Position numbers and translations under genes: made by a program
Part shown: piece after piece, positions 1 to 13,929 of the stretch
Numbering within the stretch: the stretch's first letter is position 1
Layout: each line of letters starts with the position of its first letter
The notes under the pieces: generated by a model
What the model was told of the DNA's origin: nothing
The model's input: only the letters and a program-made list of their open reading frames with translations
The model's database searches: none
DNA from: Octopus bimaculoides
Lineage: Eukaryota
Length of the DNA: 64,000 nt
Direction of reading: 5' to 3'
Assembly: GCF_001194135.2 (NCBI RefSeq)
Contig: NC_069001.1
Coordinates: 37,058,165 to 37,122,164, forward strand

Positions 1-164
1 AAAACTTGTTTGTAAATGTCTAATTTGAATGCAAAATCCACAAGTCCATTTTCGAGATAGTAATGTTACTGATATTCTCCGTACAAAGAAACTATGGTGA
101 AATTCTTACCGAAAATATTTCGCATCAATTCGATTGTAAATATATAAAAACAAGTTCGGTTCTG

Positions 165-326
165 GGTACTACTAATGCAGCACGGTTCCGTCCGTGCTAG
201 CTAGTCTTGAGTGGTCGATCCTAACCCTAACCCTAACCCGCGTGTGCAAATGAATACGGGTTAGGGTTAGGATCGACCACTCACGACTAGCTAGCGCGGA
301 CGGAATCGTGCTGCTTTAGTAGTACC
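165..326. mobile_element. Palindromic MITE (GGTAC...GTACC) with internal inverted telomere-type repeats; Merlin-like
   Basis: Near-perfect ~70-bp arms; (CCCTAA)n on the left arm and (TTAGGG)n on the right; 8-bp TSD CGGTTCTG at 157..164 and 327..334. Confidence 0.85.
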
Positions 327-1022
327 CGGTTCTGTTATGTAAAGTAGTTTTTCTTTGTAATTATTTCAATGATGAATATTCTTGATGCACCTGAAAAATG
401 CCTTTTATATGACAACGTCATATATTTCTCAGATAACACCAAACAGTAGAAGATATAGAAACGGTGACAGACAAATGCCTACAACTACACATTCGCATTG
501 TCTCACATTACATACGTTACACAATAAGTAGATTCTAACACTGTTTTATCTTCCAATAGTCATCCATCGTTGCTCAGAGCCGTAGGTCAGTTGCGATTGT
601 GTAGACCTGCGATAGGTTGTTTTCTTGGCTGTCAGTAATCTTACGATAGATCAGTCAAAATGAAAAGGATTGAATGAAGAAATATCAATACACTATTTTT
701 TTCTTTTTTTGAGCTGGGGTCAAACGCTTCAGTTTGACCGAAATATCAATACAAATACATCGTTTAAATTGCATCTCATATTAAGAAGTTCTTGACGGTT
801 TGCTTACGTTTGTTGATAAGTGGCAAAGAGGTACTGATATATATATATATATATAGTTTCAGCTTAGAGCTGCGGCCATATATATGTGTGTGTGTGTTGT
901 CTTCTATGTAATACGTTACTTTATCATGGAATGGACTCCTTGTTTCACGTTAAGAAAACTTTCAGATCTAAACAATACGAATGAAGGCTTCACTTTAGTT
1001 TTCCGGGTGCCTGACAGTTTGG

Positions 1023-1041
1023 TATCCGGTTGAGCATGCGC
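1023..1041 (-). promoter_or_regulatory. Conserved ZNF-cluster upstream element, copy 1 (Z0)
   Basis: TATCCGGTTGAGCATGCGC on plus strand; ~265 bp from the exon-1 donor. Confidence 0.75.
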
Positions 1042-2499
1042 TGCGCAGAGGGACGTATGTAAACATAAAACGCACATGCTTGAGTGCGTTCACACTCAAC
1101 CCTCCATACAAAGACAGTCAGACAGGCAATAAACATATATAGGTATAGCTACACAACTACGATCCTTACAGACTTCGTTTCGTTACGACTTTCTAAGAAA
1201 TGGATATTTTTTTTTCATGAAAATTTTATCGAAATTCGTTTCAAATAGTGTACTATAACGGAATTTGCTCTAAAAACTTTTATGAGGTGTACGAGTGAAG
1301 TTTCGGATAATACACACAACTTATTTTGTTGTGCCTGGGGAGAGTCATTCTCTTTTAGTGTCTTATTACACACGCACTGGTAAAATTTCTACTCATTAAT
1401 TTATTTTTCCTGAAATTTTCGTTGCGTCTGGCAACCTTTAATAGTCATTGAAAGTCAACGACTATTGAAAAGGTCCCAGATATCATATAGGACAGAACTT
1501 GCCCCTGGGTCACCATTCTCAAAATAAATACAAGAAGTGGTTGAAGTCTTACTGATAGGGCACACTACATTTGTCTCATGGGTCTGGAATAACCATGGAA
1601 ACAGCTCCTTACCCTATACAAGTGAAATTACTAGTGTATAATTTGAAGGTGATAAAAGATATTGCCAGGACTTTTGGCTTCCAACAAACACATGGTTTTG
1701 GAACAATCATAGATGGTAGTGGGATGGATTAGGAAAGAAAATATGACATATTTCTCCAAAACTTTTTTAACAAATTTTGTTTTTTGTCGTTGAAGAAATA
1801 GGTTAACGTGATTCCACAAATTTAGTAGAATTCCAAACTGTATCTCAGTTGCATGAGTAATGTAAGCCTTCGAGTTACCATTATTTGTTTTTGATTATCT
1901 TCAATAACAACATATCAACAAAGATGTTCCTTTATTAATCAGAAAAGGAAGCAATTAAAGTACAAATACAAGAGAACTCCAGTTTTATTTCATTTTGAAT
2001 TTAAGAAAGGTTACAAAGGATGGTGAAGATTTTGGGCTTCAAAACCTAGAGAATACAAGCTTGAGAAAATGTGGTGATATCTTGTATGGCAGAAATGTCC
2101 AACCGACGCCAACATAGGAAAATGAATAAAAACACGGGAGACATTTAATCGTAAACTATACCAGACTGTGCATTTAGGATCAGTTCAAGATTAATTACAT
2201 TGACTTGATACATGCAATTAAAATTTAGTTTAACAATGCTTGAGAACTGATAAAACAACTCAAATCTTACGAACAATGAAATCATCCCTTTGATAAGATT
2301 CATACATAATAAACGTTACATGAACGAATATATAATGATATATTTATATTCTAATTTAGCATGACGAAATGTTTTCTAACATAACAAATGTTGTGATTGA
2401 GTTCCAGATTTATCAGTAGTTTCATCGATATTTACCAACAATATCAAATAAATCAATGCCATCTGTTCTGGAAACAATTACATGAGATATATACGAGTT

Positions 2500-2739
2500 T
2501 CCTGAAACAAGCATTTACTTATATATCACAGTGGTAAATTCTCACCACGGTACAGTTGTATTTATTATAGATGTTTGAAAGATTGTGATCACACATCCAA
2601 ATTTACCTTCCACTGTGTGTACATTTCTACAAGTAACTCTTTACATTGAAAAGTTTTTCTTTCTGTATGAAACCATGCATGTATAGTTGACAGTCTACCA
2701 GTAGAGAATGATTTACTACAAATATCACAGTGATATGCT
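2500..2739 (-). pseudogene. Decayed zinc-finger tail downstream of the Z1 stop
   Basis: The stop is GAG>TAG in the linker (GGT TAG), followed by CATATCACTGTGATATTTGTAGTAAATCATTCTCT and further eroded finger sequence. Confidence 0.7.
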
Positions 2740-4284
2740 CTAACCTGTATGAATACGCATGTGTCTAGTTAATTTATTTCTAATGTAGAAAGATTTGCCA
2801 CAAATTTCACAGCTATGTGCTTTTTCCCCTGTGTGAATAAATTTGTGTTTCAACAAGCTACCATTTTCAGAGAATGATTTGCCACATATATCACATTGGT
2901 AAGGTTTTTCACCTGTGTGAATGCGTCTGTGCCTATGTATGTCACTACTTACAGAGAATGATTTACCACAAATATCACAGTGATACGGTTTCTCACCTGT
3001 ATGGGTGCGTTTATGTTTAGTTAACTCACTGCTGCCACAAAATGCTTTACCACAGATATCACAATGATATGGTTTCTCTCCTGTATGAACACGGTTGTGA
3101 ATATTAGATGCACTTTTATCAGAGAAAGCTTTACCACAGATATCACAGCGGTATGGTTTTTCCCCTGTATGAATCCGTTTATGCCTATGTAATTGATCAC
3201 TTCGAGAGAATAATTTACCACAGATCTCACATTTAATTGACTTTTCTGCAACATGAATATATTTATGTGCAGTTAAGTTGCCATTTTCACAGAATGATTT
3301 ACCACAAATATCACAGTGATATGGTTTCTCTCCTGTATGAATTAATTTGTGCTTTGCTAAATTGCCATTTCCAGAGAATGATTTACCACAGATATCACAG
3401 TGATATGGTTTCTCACCAGTATGAATACGTTTGTGTATTGTTAAGTCACTACTTCTCGCAAATGATTTACCACAGATATTACAGTGGTATGGCTTCTCTC
3501 CTGTATGAATACGTCTGTGTTTAGTTAAGCCATCTCTGCAAGAGAATGATTTTCTACAAATATCGCATTGAAATGGTGTCTCACCTGTATGAATACGTTT
3601 GTGTGTGATTAATCCATTACCAGAGAAAAATGATTTGCCGCAGATATCACATTCATATGGCTTCTCTCCTGTATGAATACGCTTGTGTTTAGATAAGTCA
3701 TTACTTCCACAAAATGATTTACCACAAATATCACAGTGATACGGTCTCTCTCCTGTATGAATGCGTTTATGTCTAGTCAAGTCAACACTTCCATAAAAAC
3801 ATTTACCACATATATCGCAGCGATATGGTCTTTCTGATGTATGAATGTATTTGTGTCTTGTTAAGTAATAAGATGCAGAGAATGATTTACCACAGACATC
3901 ACACTCATATGGTTTCTCTCCCGTATGAATAGATGTGTGAACTGTCAATGCAGTCTTCGACAAGAATGTCTTACCACAGATATTACAATGGTATGGCTTG
4001 TCTTCTTTATGATACCGTTTGTGTCTAGTTAGGTGAATCTTTTGAGAGAATACTTTACCACAGTTATCACAGCGATACGGATTCTGTTCAGTATGAATAC
4101 GTTTGTGAATGGTTAGGCTGTATTTTTTAGAGAACGACTTACCACAGATGTCACAACAACATGTTTTCCCTTCCTCTGTACATATGTCATCAGCCTGTTT
4201 CTCATACGACTCATTATCCATTTTTTTTTCTTTGCCCACTGTTATTCGTATATTCTTATTTTGTTTTTTTGCAATATGAGACAT
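2740..4284 (-). CDS. C2H2 zinc-finger protein Z1, 17 fingers
   Basis: Uninterrupted CxxC..H..H repeats with TGEKP linkers. The track start at 4287 is TTG; the first ATG is 4284 and the family-conserved ATG (MDNE..) is 4221. Confidence 0.93.
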   Translation of the reverse strand: MSHIAKKQNKNIRITVGKEKKMDNESYEKQADDICTEEGKTCCCDICGKSFSKKYSLTIHKRIHTEQNPYRCDNCGKVFSQKIHLTRHKRYHKEDKPYHCNICGKTFLSKTALTVHTSIHTGEKPYECDVCGKSFSASYYLTRHKYIHTSERPYRCDICGKCFYGSVDLTRHKRIHTGERPYHCDICGKSFCGSNDLSKHKRIHTGEKPYECDICGKSFFSGNGLITHKRIHTGETPFQCDICRKSFSCRDGLTKHRRIHTGEKPYHCNICGKSFARSSDLTIHKRIHTGEKPYHCDICGKSFSGNGNLAKHKLIHTGEKPYHCDICGKSFCENGNLTAHKYIHVAEKSIKCEICGKLFSRSDQLHRHKRIHTGEKPYRCDICGKAFSDKSASNIHNRVHTGEKPYHCDICGKAFCGSSELTKHKRTHTGEKPYHCDICGKSFSVSSDIHRHRRIHTGEKPYQCDICGKSFSENGSLLKHKFIHTGEKAHSCEICGKSFYIRNKLTRHMRIHTG

Positions 4285-4713
4285 CAACTGAGATGTTTGT
4301 TAACATACGATGATGCCAGAAACTTGTTAGTAAATATTTAATTTGAATGCAAATTCCATATGTCCATATTCGAGGTAGTAATGCAGATGAAGTTTGCCGA
4401 TTTTCTCTGTACACAGAAAATAATGGATCCAGTCGGTTAGGCTGCTGCCAGATCAGAAATATTTCAATTCAATGATGAGCAATATTCTTGATGCATTTGA
4501 AGTAAAAAAAATTTGTCATGCATGTGTCATTTGGTATATCTGAAATAAAACAGAAACAGTATATAATATCGGAGATACTTAAAAATAGATTATTTTAATA
4601 AGCATCCTTTTGACAATTTAAAATTTTTATTACAAAGACAATTGATAAGATATCTTAATCAGACTTGTTCTATTGTACTCAGTGGTTTACAAATTTTTTA
4701 ATTTTTACCTCAT

Positions 4714-5050
4714 TTAATACACCTCTGTATGGACACCATTAGTTGCACGAAGCACATCAAGACGGCAATTGATTCCTTGCCATGTTCTCTGTAGCATAGC
4801 CTCGTCAATGGTTGCAATTGCATCTGTTATCTTTTGCTTTAGTTCAGTAATGTTCCGTACCTTTGTTCGATACACGATATCTTCAACATAGCCCCATAGA
4901 AAGCAATCCAGAGGTGTGATATCTGGTGAACGTGGTAGCCACGGAATTGGTCCATCCCTTCCAATCCAACAGTCTGGAAATGTATGATTAAGGAACTCAT
5001 GAACATGTAGTCTTCAATGTAGTGGGGCACCATCTTGCTGGAAAATGATG
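4714..5050 (-). mobile_element. Tc1/mariner-superfamily transposase C-terminal fragment (in Z1 intron)
   Basis: Reads FQQDGAPLH..WIGRDGPIPWLPRSPDITPLDCFLWGYVEDIVY..LDVLRATNGVHTEVY*, with an internal stop. Confidence 0.85.
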
Positions 5051-5272
5051 GTTGGTTCAAGGTCTGGGAGTTGTGGTGCTACATATTCAGTCAAATTGTA
5101 AAAAGACTTTATGGACACTGTACATATTTTACCTGCCATTGCTTCCCAGCTGTTTTGATGGCGTGTTCGGTAAAATCCGTAAAAAGATTTTATGTATATT
5201 TACTTTTTGCTCTGATATACCACACACGCTTTGATGTTCAAGACCGACTTTCATTCCCTTGACGGTAGAGAC

Positions 5273-5737
5273 GGACTATATGTAATCTGAACCTTTCCCC
5301 CCCTTATTTATTAATTTTTTTACGGAATCCCACGTTTTAGGCTATGGAGATTCCGATTATGAAAAAANNNNNNNNNNNNNNNNNNNNNNNNNNNNNNNNN
5401 NNNNNNNNNNNNNNNNNNNNNNNNNNNNNNNNNNNNNNNNNNNNNNNNNNNNNNNNNNNNNNNNNNNNNNNNNNNNNNNNNNNNNNNNNNNNNNNNNNNN
5501 NNNNNNNNNNNNNNNNNNNNNNNNNNNNNNNNNNNNNNNNNNNNNNNNNNNNNNNNNNNNNNNNNNNNNNNNNNNNNNNNNNNNNNNNNNNNNNNNNNNN
5601 NNNNNNNNNNNNNNNNNNNNNNNNNNNNNNNNNNNNNNNNNNNNNNNNNNNNNNNNNNNNNNNNNNNNNNNNNNNNNNNNNNNNNNNNAAAAAAAAAAAA
5701 AACACAAGGGGGGAAAGGTTCAGATTACATACAGTCC
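5273..5737. mobile_element. MITE-like element spanning an assembly gap
   Basis: ~32-bp inverted repeats GGACT(A/G)TATGTAATCTGAACCTTTCCCCCCTT at 5273-5305 and 5706-5737; no clear TSD. Confidence 0.6.
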
Positions 5738-6837
5738 ATCTGGACCATTCTGTTTGAGAATTACATTAAGGGTATACATGTTTGTGGAATACTCAGCCAC
5801 TTAGACGTTAATTTCATTGTGAAGGTAATTCATTTGATCGAACCACTGAATGTTCATCGTCGAAACCGATGGAAAACCCATCATGTATGTATGTATGAAA
5901 GGTTCACGAAACAAGACCAAAAAATCACAACAATATATCTAAACAAAATAACAATAGTAAAAAAAGTACATCAGCATAAAACAGATTTCTGTATATGTCT
6001 ATGTTTGGATAATCGCGTGTGTGTGTGTGTGCATGACTGTATATGTGTGTGTCGGTGACCGTAGCTGTCAAGAGAAAGTCGGTCTTGAACATCAAAGAAT
6101 GCCCAGATATGAATATCTCTCAACACAAGTAAAGCAGTGGATAGAAATTAGCATTGTGTTTGTGAGAGATGTTACTTGATGAAAACTTATTGTTATGATT
6201 GTGCGAATAAGGACGACAAATTGGCAGAGCTAGAGAGAAAATGCTTACAACTACACTTTCACATTTCTCATTACATATGTTTTGAACTTGAGAAAAGTAG
6301 GTTCCAACACTTTCTTCTCTGTAGTCATCTATTGTTATTCATAAACGTTGCTCTGTTTTGATTGTGTAGATATGTGATCAAAGCCAGGTTGTTTTCATGG
6401 AAGTCACGAATATTACGGCAGATCAGTTAAAAGGAAAAGGATTGAATGAAGAAATATCAATACACATACCTCGTTTAAATCGTATGTAATATCAGGAAGT
6501 TCATGATGTGTTGATGAATGGCAAAGATTTTGTAACAGGATGACAGATTCCCGCACTGGATGGGTGCTGCTCGCATCCTTCACATCAAATATTAATTGAA
6601 GAAAGAATCAAGAGTTTTCGTTAATTTCAACAGTATACACATTTATTCTTTGATTCGCAATATAAACCATTTCCTTCCTGTGGGCGAATCGGCAGAAGCC
6701 TAGTGGAATGAGTCAATCTTGTCCGTTCATGCATAGCGGGGATGCGCCGAGGTAGCAGCTCGGGAGAGCTGCTGGAGACACGTCTGTATCGTTCAGCTGC
6801 TAGCGTCCAAAAGAGAATTTAGCTGTTGCTAGTTTTC

Positions 6838-6880
6838 TGCGCATGCGCAAACTTCCGGCAGGCCTTCCAAGATGACGTCA
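6838..6880. promoter_or_regulatory. Housekeeping-type motif cluster: NRF1 palindrome, ETS site, CRE
   Basis: TGCGCATGCGCA 6838-6849, ACTTCCGG 6851-6858, TGACGTCA 6873-6880, in a CpG-richer patch between the Z1 element and the Z1 exon-1 donor. Confidence 0.55.
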
Positions 6881-7025
6881 CTACAATTTGCACATATAGT
6901 CATATGATAATATGGTACTTTGCCATGGAATCCTTGTTTGACGTTATGTGAAATGTTTTCAAATCTTTGCGTTTAGAATGAAGGTTTAATTTACATTTTA
7001 AAAAATTACATCGTAGTGTCGTATG

Positions 7026-7046
7026 CATATCCGGTTGAGCATGCGC
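7026..7046 (-). promoter_or_regulatory. Conserved upstream element, copy 2 (Z1)
   Basis: CATATCCGGTTGAGCATGCGC; exon-1 donor ACGAG|GTATGT at 6470/6469; acceptor at 4541-4540. Confidence 0.75.
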
Positions 7047-8157
7047 TTGACTTGGTTACACACGAACTGTAACTTGTGTACAGCAAGGGCACCTTTTAAA
7101 ACGTATACACGAATGTATAAAAAATACTTACGTGAGTACGCTCCCACCCAGCAGACTGTTTCCTCATGGTCGTGGTATGTGCTAGAACCAACAGCACATA
7201 CCACATACCTTGAATCCCACCCCTTTTTGCCTGAAAAATTTTACAATTTTTTTTTTTTTTAATACAGATTTTATAACATGTTATAACATTTTGGTTAGAT
7301 TACAGAAACACATTTGATTATTTTATCTTGCTTGTGGATGCTAGAATCCCTTTGACTTACCAAGGAACAATACTGGGTCACCATTCTGAAAATAAATATA
7401 TCTATTGTGTTGCCATGTTTGTTCTAGATTATCATCAATAACAACATAACAAATATGTTCCTTTATTAATAAAAAAAGAAGAAACTAAAATACAAATATG
7501 AGAAGACCGGTTTTATTTCAGCTCCAATTTAGTAAGAAATAGCCACAAAGAATTTTAAGGTCAGGATGAAGATTCTTACGTCCAAACTGAGAAAATGTAG
7601 AGGTATCTTATACAATGGACATGTTCAGAGGGCAGCATGGGAAATGAATAAAAGCACTGGAGACATCTAATCACAGACTATACTCGACTCTGCGCATTTA
7701 CAATCAGTTCAACATCAATTACATTGACACATGCAATTAACATTTAACTTAATGATGGTTAAGAACTGATGAAATAACTCAAATCTTAGCAACAATGAAA
7801 TCATTCCTTTGATAAGATTCATACATAAACTTTAAACTAGAATATATAAAGTACATGAATGAATGTATAATGATATAATATATATCCTAGTATAGCATGA
7901 TAAAATGTTTTTTATGGTTTGTGTGTTTCATCATAATGTAACAATTGTTGTGATGTCTCTGATTTATAACAATATTTACTAATTTGTCTTTCTCTTCTCT
8001 ATTCTGGAGAGAGTTTCATGGGATATATGAATTTCCTGAAACAATGCATTTATTAACATATTGCAGTGTTTATTATAGATTAAAGATACTCATATATTTG
8101 CTCTGTGTGTCAATACATCTATGAATAACACTTTTCATAGAATAACTGCTTATAGGT

Positions 8158-9306
<1,149 letters not shown>

Positions 9307-9623
9307 CTAAAGCGAAGTATTTTGTAAATTTGTTCAATTTTAATTTACAAACAAAATAATCCTGCACATATTCGAGACAGTGAAGAACTGGAAATATTTC
9401 TCATTAGTTCCTCCACTGGTTTATATAAACAGAATCCTATCTGCTCTGTACAGCAGCCTCCCTTTGTCTTTAAATGATCCACTTGAAGCATCAGAAATCT
9501 TCTTATGCCAATGACATCCAATATTCTGAAATAGAGAAATAATATTAGCTATATAGAATACTCCAAAATAGCGATTCATTGGAAATTTTTCAACATTTTT
9601 ATTTTGATAAAATGATAAATTAA

Positions 9624-9785
9624 GGTGTAAGTGTGGCTTTGTGGTTAAGAAGTTTGCTTGCTAACTACAGTGTTTCAGGTTCAGTCACACTATATTGTAC
9701 CTTAGGCAAGCGGCTTCTGCTGTAGCCACAGGCTATTTAAACCATGAGAATGAATTTGGTAGATGGAAACTGAAAGAAGCCCATC
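9624..9785 (+). mobile_element. Degenerate tRNA-derived SINE in Z2 intron
   Basis: A-box-like GTGGTTAAG, B-box-like GGTTCAGTC, followed by a CCTTAGGCAAG core and a GGAAACTGAAAGAAGCCC tail; family assignment is by recognition only. Confidence 0.5.
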
Positions 9786-10013
9786 CTGCATGCTTATAAG
9801 TATGTGTTTACGCATGTGCGAGATTGTATATTTTTTGTCTCCTGTGATTGATGTAAATGTGTGCCAAAATTGTACAAGAGCTTGTCTGCCCATGGGGAAA
9901 TATTACCTCACTGGGAAACGGGTAAGAGTTGGTAGTGGACTGCAAGTAAATACCATCGTTTGTATGAACGATGAGGCCGTTGGGCATTGTAGAAGTGAAG
10001 GGAAACCCGAAGT

Positions 10014-10045
<32 letters not shown>

Positions 10046-11280
10046 NNNNNNNNNNNNNNNNNNNNNNNNNNNNNNNNNNNNNNNNNNNNNNNNNNNNNNN
10101 NNNNNNNNNNNNNNNNNNNNNNNNNNNNNNNNNNNNNNTATATATACATACACACACACACAAGCTTCTATCCATGAAGCATAGAGTGGGACTGAAACTG
10201 AAACGATGTCAGAAATTGAACCCGGCCTTACTTGCACAATCTCATACACACGTATATATATCATTACACTTTACCATTTTGTCTTGACGTAAAGTAATAA
10301 CAAGTCTAGATGTGACTTCAGATATGTTGTCTTCTGAGACTACACATTCAATATTACCTGGGTGCACAATTATATTGGCTTGGTGCCTAAATTTTATTCA
10401 ACAAAAACAATAACAATATTTAACAAAAACGTTTTTAAATTGATGGTCTGACCGTTTGCCAAGCAAATGGGAAGCAGTAATTGAAGTAGATGGTGAATAT
10501 GCTCCGGAATAATCATTTAAAGATGTTTTTGTTTCATGTTGTTGTTTTCGTTGAAAAAAAGCCGCAATAATTATGCACCAACCCAATACCATATCAAGAA
10601 TCAAATGTAGCAAACAAAATACAATTTCAAAAGAAATGATATATTTCGTTGTTCTTTATGAACTTCCAACCATCTTAAAATTTTCAGAATAACCGTGGAA
10701 TTTTCCATGGGTACTGCTAGTGTAAACGTTAAGGTAGATATATGTATGCATTGCATACTCCTACTCCGGAGAACTCTAGTTATCCGATCCTTTTAGCTAT
10801 TATACTTTATTACTTTACAAAGATAATTCATCTTACGCTCCTCGAAGTTTTTGCAAAAAAGAAAAAGAAAAAAAGGTACAATTACTTTTATGCTCTCGTT
10901 GCAACCCCGCCAGGTTTGATTGAGCAGCTGATCTGTTGTCCAGTTTAGGTTGCTTACAGGGATGTTGTTACAAATTTCATGAGAGATTAAACAAAAGAAA
11001 AACTTCATAATGATCAAAGTATAAAAAAGAAATTGAGGCAATTATAAACAAAAAATACCTTGAATAAATGACAGGTATTCGAAAGTTAGTAATGGTGGCG
11101 ATATATGTTACTGAACAGAGAAGAGTCAGTACAATGTAGATATCATATAACTTCAGATACATATGACTATTTTTCCATTACTTTATGTTTGAAATTAAAT
11201 AAAATAATTCTTTAGATTGACTTGAAACTAGTTAATGGATATTTTATGACATTCCTCACCCAAGACGGGCGGTGCAAAGT

Positions 11281-11302
11281 CAATATCCGGTTGAACATGC
11301 GC
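11281..11302 (-). promoter_or_regulatory. Conserved upstream element, copy 3 (Z2)
   Basis: CAATATCCGGTTGAACATGCGC (full consensus); donor TCAAG|GTATTT at 11059/11058; acceptor at 9527-9526. Confidence 0.8.
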
Positions 11303-11544
11303 AATCCGAATTGTCTTTTTAGCGAAGGAATTTGTAAGTGCGGTCACGGTATTATGTCTTGTTCAATGCTGTTAGGTCTTTGTAGATCATCTTTTAACGA
11401 TATAGTATAGAAAGATAGCAGGGTAACTCCGTTCGTAGGAGAGGTTAAGAAGTTAAAGGGAGAGGATGAAACATTGTAACTGAATAAATCGGGAAGTTAA
11501 AAGCACTTCTGAAAAATATTACTCTTTTACTTGTTTCAGTCATT

Positions 11545-11672
11545 TGACTGCGGCCATGCTGGAGCACCGCCTTTAGTCGAGCAAATCGACCCCAGGACTT
11601 ATTCTTTGTAAGCCTAGTACTTATTCTATCGGTCTCTTTTTGCCGAACCACTAAGTTACGGGGATGTAAACA
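11545..11672 (-). mobile_element. SINE fragment running into a gap
   Basis: GCGGCCATGCTGGAGCACCGCC..TCGACCCCAGGACTTATTC..GGTACTTATTCTATCGG-type core; a short piece of the same end (TTAGAGCTGCGGCCAT) lies at ~865. Confidence 0.55.
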
Positions 11673-13929
11673 NNNNNNNNNNNNNNNNNNNNNNNNNNNN
11701 NNNNNNNNNNNNNNNNNNNNNNNNNNNNNNNNNNNNNNNNNNNNNNNNNNNNNNNNNNNNNNNNNNNNNNNNNNNNNNNNNNNNNNNNNNNNNNNNNNNN
11801 NNNNNNNNNNNNNNNNNNNNNNNNNNNNNNNNNNNNNGGGGGGGGGCAAACACATACATACACATATATGACAGGCTTCTTTCAGTTTCCGTCTACCAAA
11901 TCCACTCACAAGGCTTTGGTCGGCCCTGGATCTCTCTAATGCTTTTCTCTGTCTCGTGTTTCTTTATTTATAGCCATGTTTTGGCAGGAAAATCATGAAA
12001 AATTCCTCTCGAATTCATATGATCAAATGATAGCGGCTGAACTATCATCAGCAGACAATTAGGCTGATGTTGCCTAATGTTTGTCTCCTATCTCTTGTTA
12101 CTGGTGATCTTTCGTTACGAGAACACACGACTGCTAGTTACAAACCACATGTGTTTATTTACCTTTGTGAAGATGATCGTCGATTTCCGTAAAATTATTT
12201 TATTTTTTCACATATGTGGTTGGGAGGGAAATGGGATCTTCTGAAGTCGGCGTGAAAGCGAAAGAGACAGAGAGAGCACGATTGTATGAGGGAAGAACTT
12301 TTGAAGTTGGCGTGAATCGGAAGAATTGATGTTCGTGCGTGTGTGTGTTTGATGGTGTGTGCGAGACAGAAAGTGTGGTGTGTAAGTGAAGTGCTTTTGT
12401 TAGTGTGTGTGAAGAGACAGAGAGAGTGATGTCCTTGCTGTGTGTGTGTGTGTCAGAGAGAGAGAGAGATCACTAAAAATCTTTTCACTTTTTGTAGTGA
12501 GTGAATGGTCGACCTGGTTGGGGAGGCACAAACCTGTGCCATCCCTGGAAGGACGATACACGACAACCTTCACCTTAGATCGGGTTAGTAAAGTTCCTGG
12601 CAAGGGTGGTGCACTGGTGAATTTGGACTGGTCTAAAATTTTCAGGGGTAGGTGAAGCTATGTGGAATGATAATTAAGTTGTAGGGATGGTTGTGATGGA
12701 GAAGTATTCTGAAAGATTTTTATTGAATAAATTTAAGGTTGTATAATTATTTGGAATTCACTCCTGCAGGTAGAACTTTGTAATGAAAGTTCAGTCCATC
12801 ATTTAAACCTTAGTAAATTAGGTAAGGTTTTGTAGGTGGAAAGTTGGTCAGTAGATTTCTATACTTGTTGCTGGCTCTCACTTGGCTACTGTCAACTAAC
12901 TGGCTATATCACATGTTCATACTATAGCCATCATTGTTATTATTTAATCAATTTATCCTATTTCTTATCACTCACTCACTGTTTGATAACCTCTTTACCT
13001 AGCATTTAATACCAATTTCTGTCAGCAAATTATAATTTCAAAGCACACAATTAATGTAAACGTTTTTTTTGGTGAACTCTGCTATTTATGGTTGTCCAAT
13101 CCAAACCATGCCAGTGCACTGAGAGAAGGGTGCATTGATGCTGGATTACAAACTATAACACCATGTATTCATATCCATACATGCAAATTAACATTGAATC
13201 ATTAAATAAATATGACAAAAATATAAATTTTACTGACAACAGAATCAGTCTTTTATTGGGATACGCAGATAATTAAAATTTCAACTAGAATATTTACTTG
13301 ATACATGAATAAATGCATAAGATTGAAATTATATACAAGATGCAATTATATTGTATCATGTATTATTACTTTTGCACAGGTGCTATATAGAATATATACG
13401 AAGAAGCTGGAACAGTACTTTCAGGAGCAATATCAGTGTTAAGATATCTCACCAATGTAGATATCTGTTGTGATTGTACAAAACACAGTGTTAAGAGGTT
13501 TTTATTGAAGTATTGTTATCCGAGATGTTGAAGGCTTTATCAAACGGCTTCCCTGTGTGAATAAATTTCTGTGTATATATTTATGAACACAGAGCCACTT
13601 CTGAAGTTGAAAACATTTACTCTTTTGCAAAAATATACACATTGTTATGTATTCTTTTGTTCTTGATGGGATAATAAACAACTCACTGAAGGCATTGTTA
13701 TGATTCTACGTGTTTATTTACTTGACATGTTTACAGATAGTATCTATAGCGGAGTGATACACACTGCGTATCTGCCTTAGACACAGTTCATACTGCTTAG
13801 TAGATGCGCTTAACAAAATAGTACTACTAGTGAGGATGTATTCATATATATATATACGTATACCTACGCATGCACATAGATATGAAAGTATAACACACAT
13901 ATATAGTTATGTGATATTTATCACTAATA

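Larger units (their letters stand above)
1..1041 (-). other. 5' non-coding end (promoter, exon 1, intron 428..758, exon-2 5'UTR) of a further ZNF paralog (Z0) whose CDS lies left of the window
   Basis: 1..110 resembles the Z1 5'UTR at ~4320-4420; 361-460 resembles the Z1 acceptor region (AG at 429-428); donor AAACGAT|GTATTT at 759/758; upstream element at 1023..1041. Confidence 0.7.

Noticed and set aside
220-271. TTAGGG/CCCTAA repeats as a telomere or fusion site (also 58065-58110)
   Set aside because: Only 2-3 units, and they sit inside TIR-bounded mobile elements.
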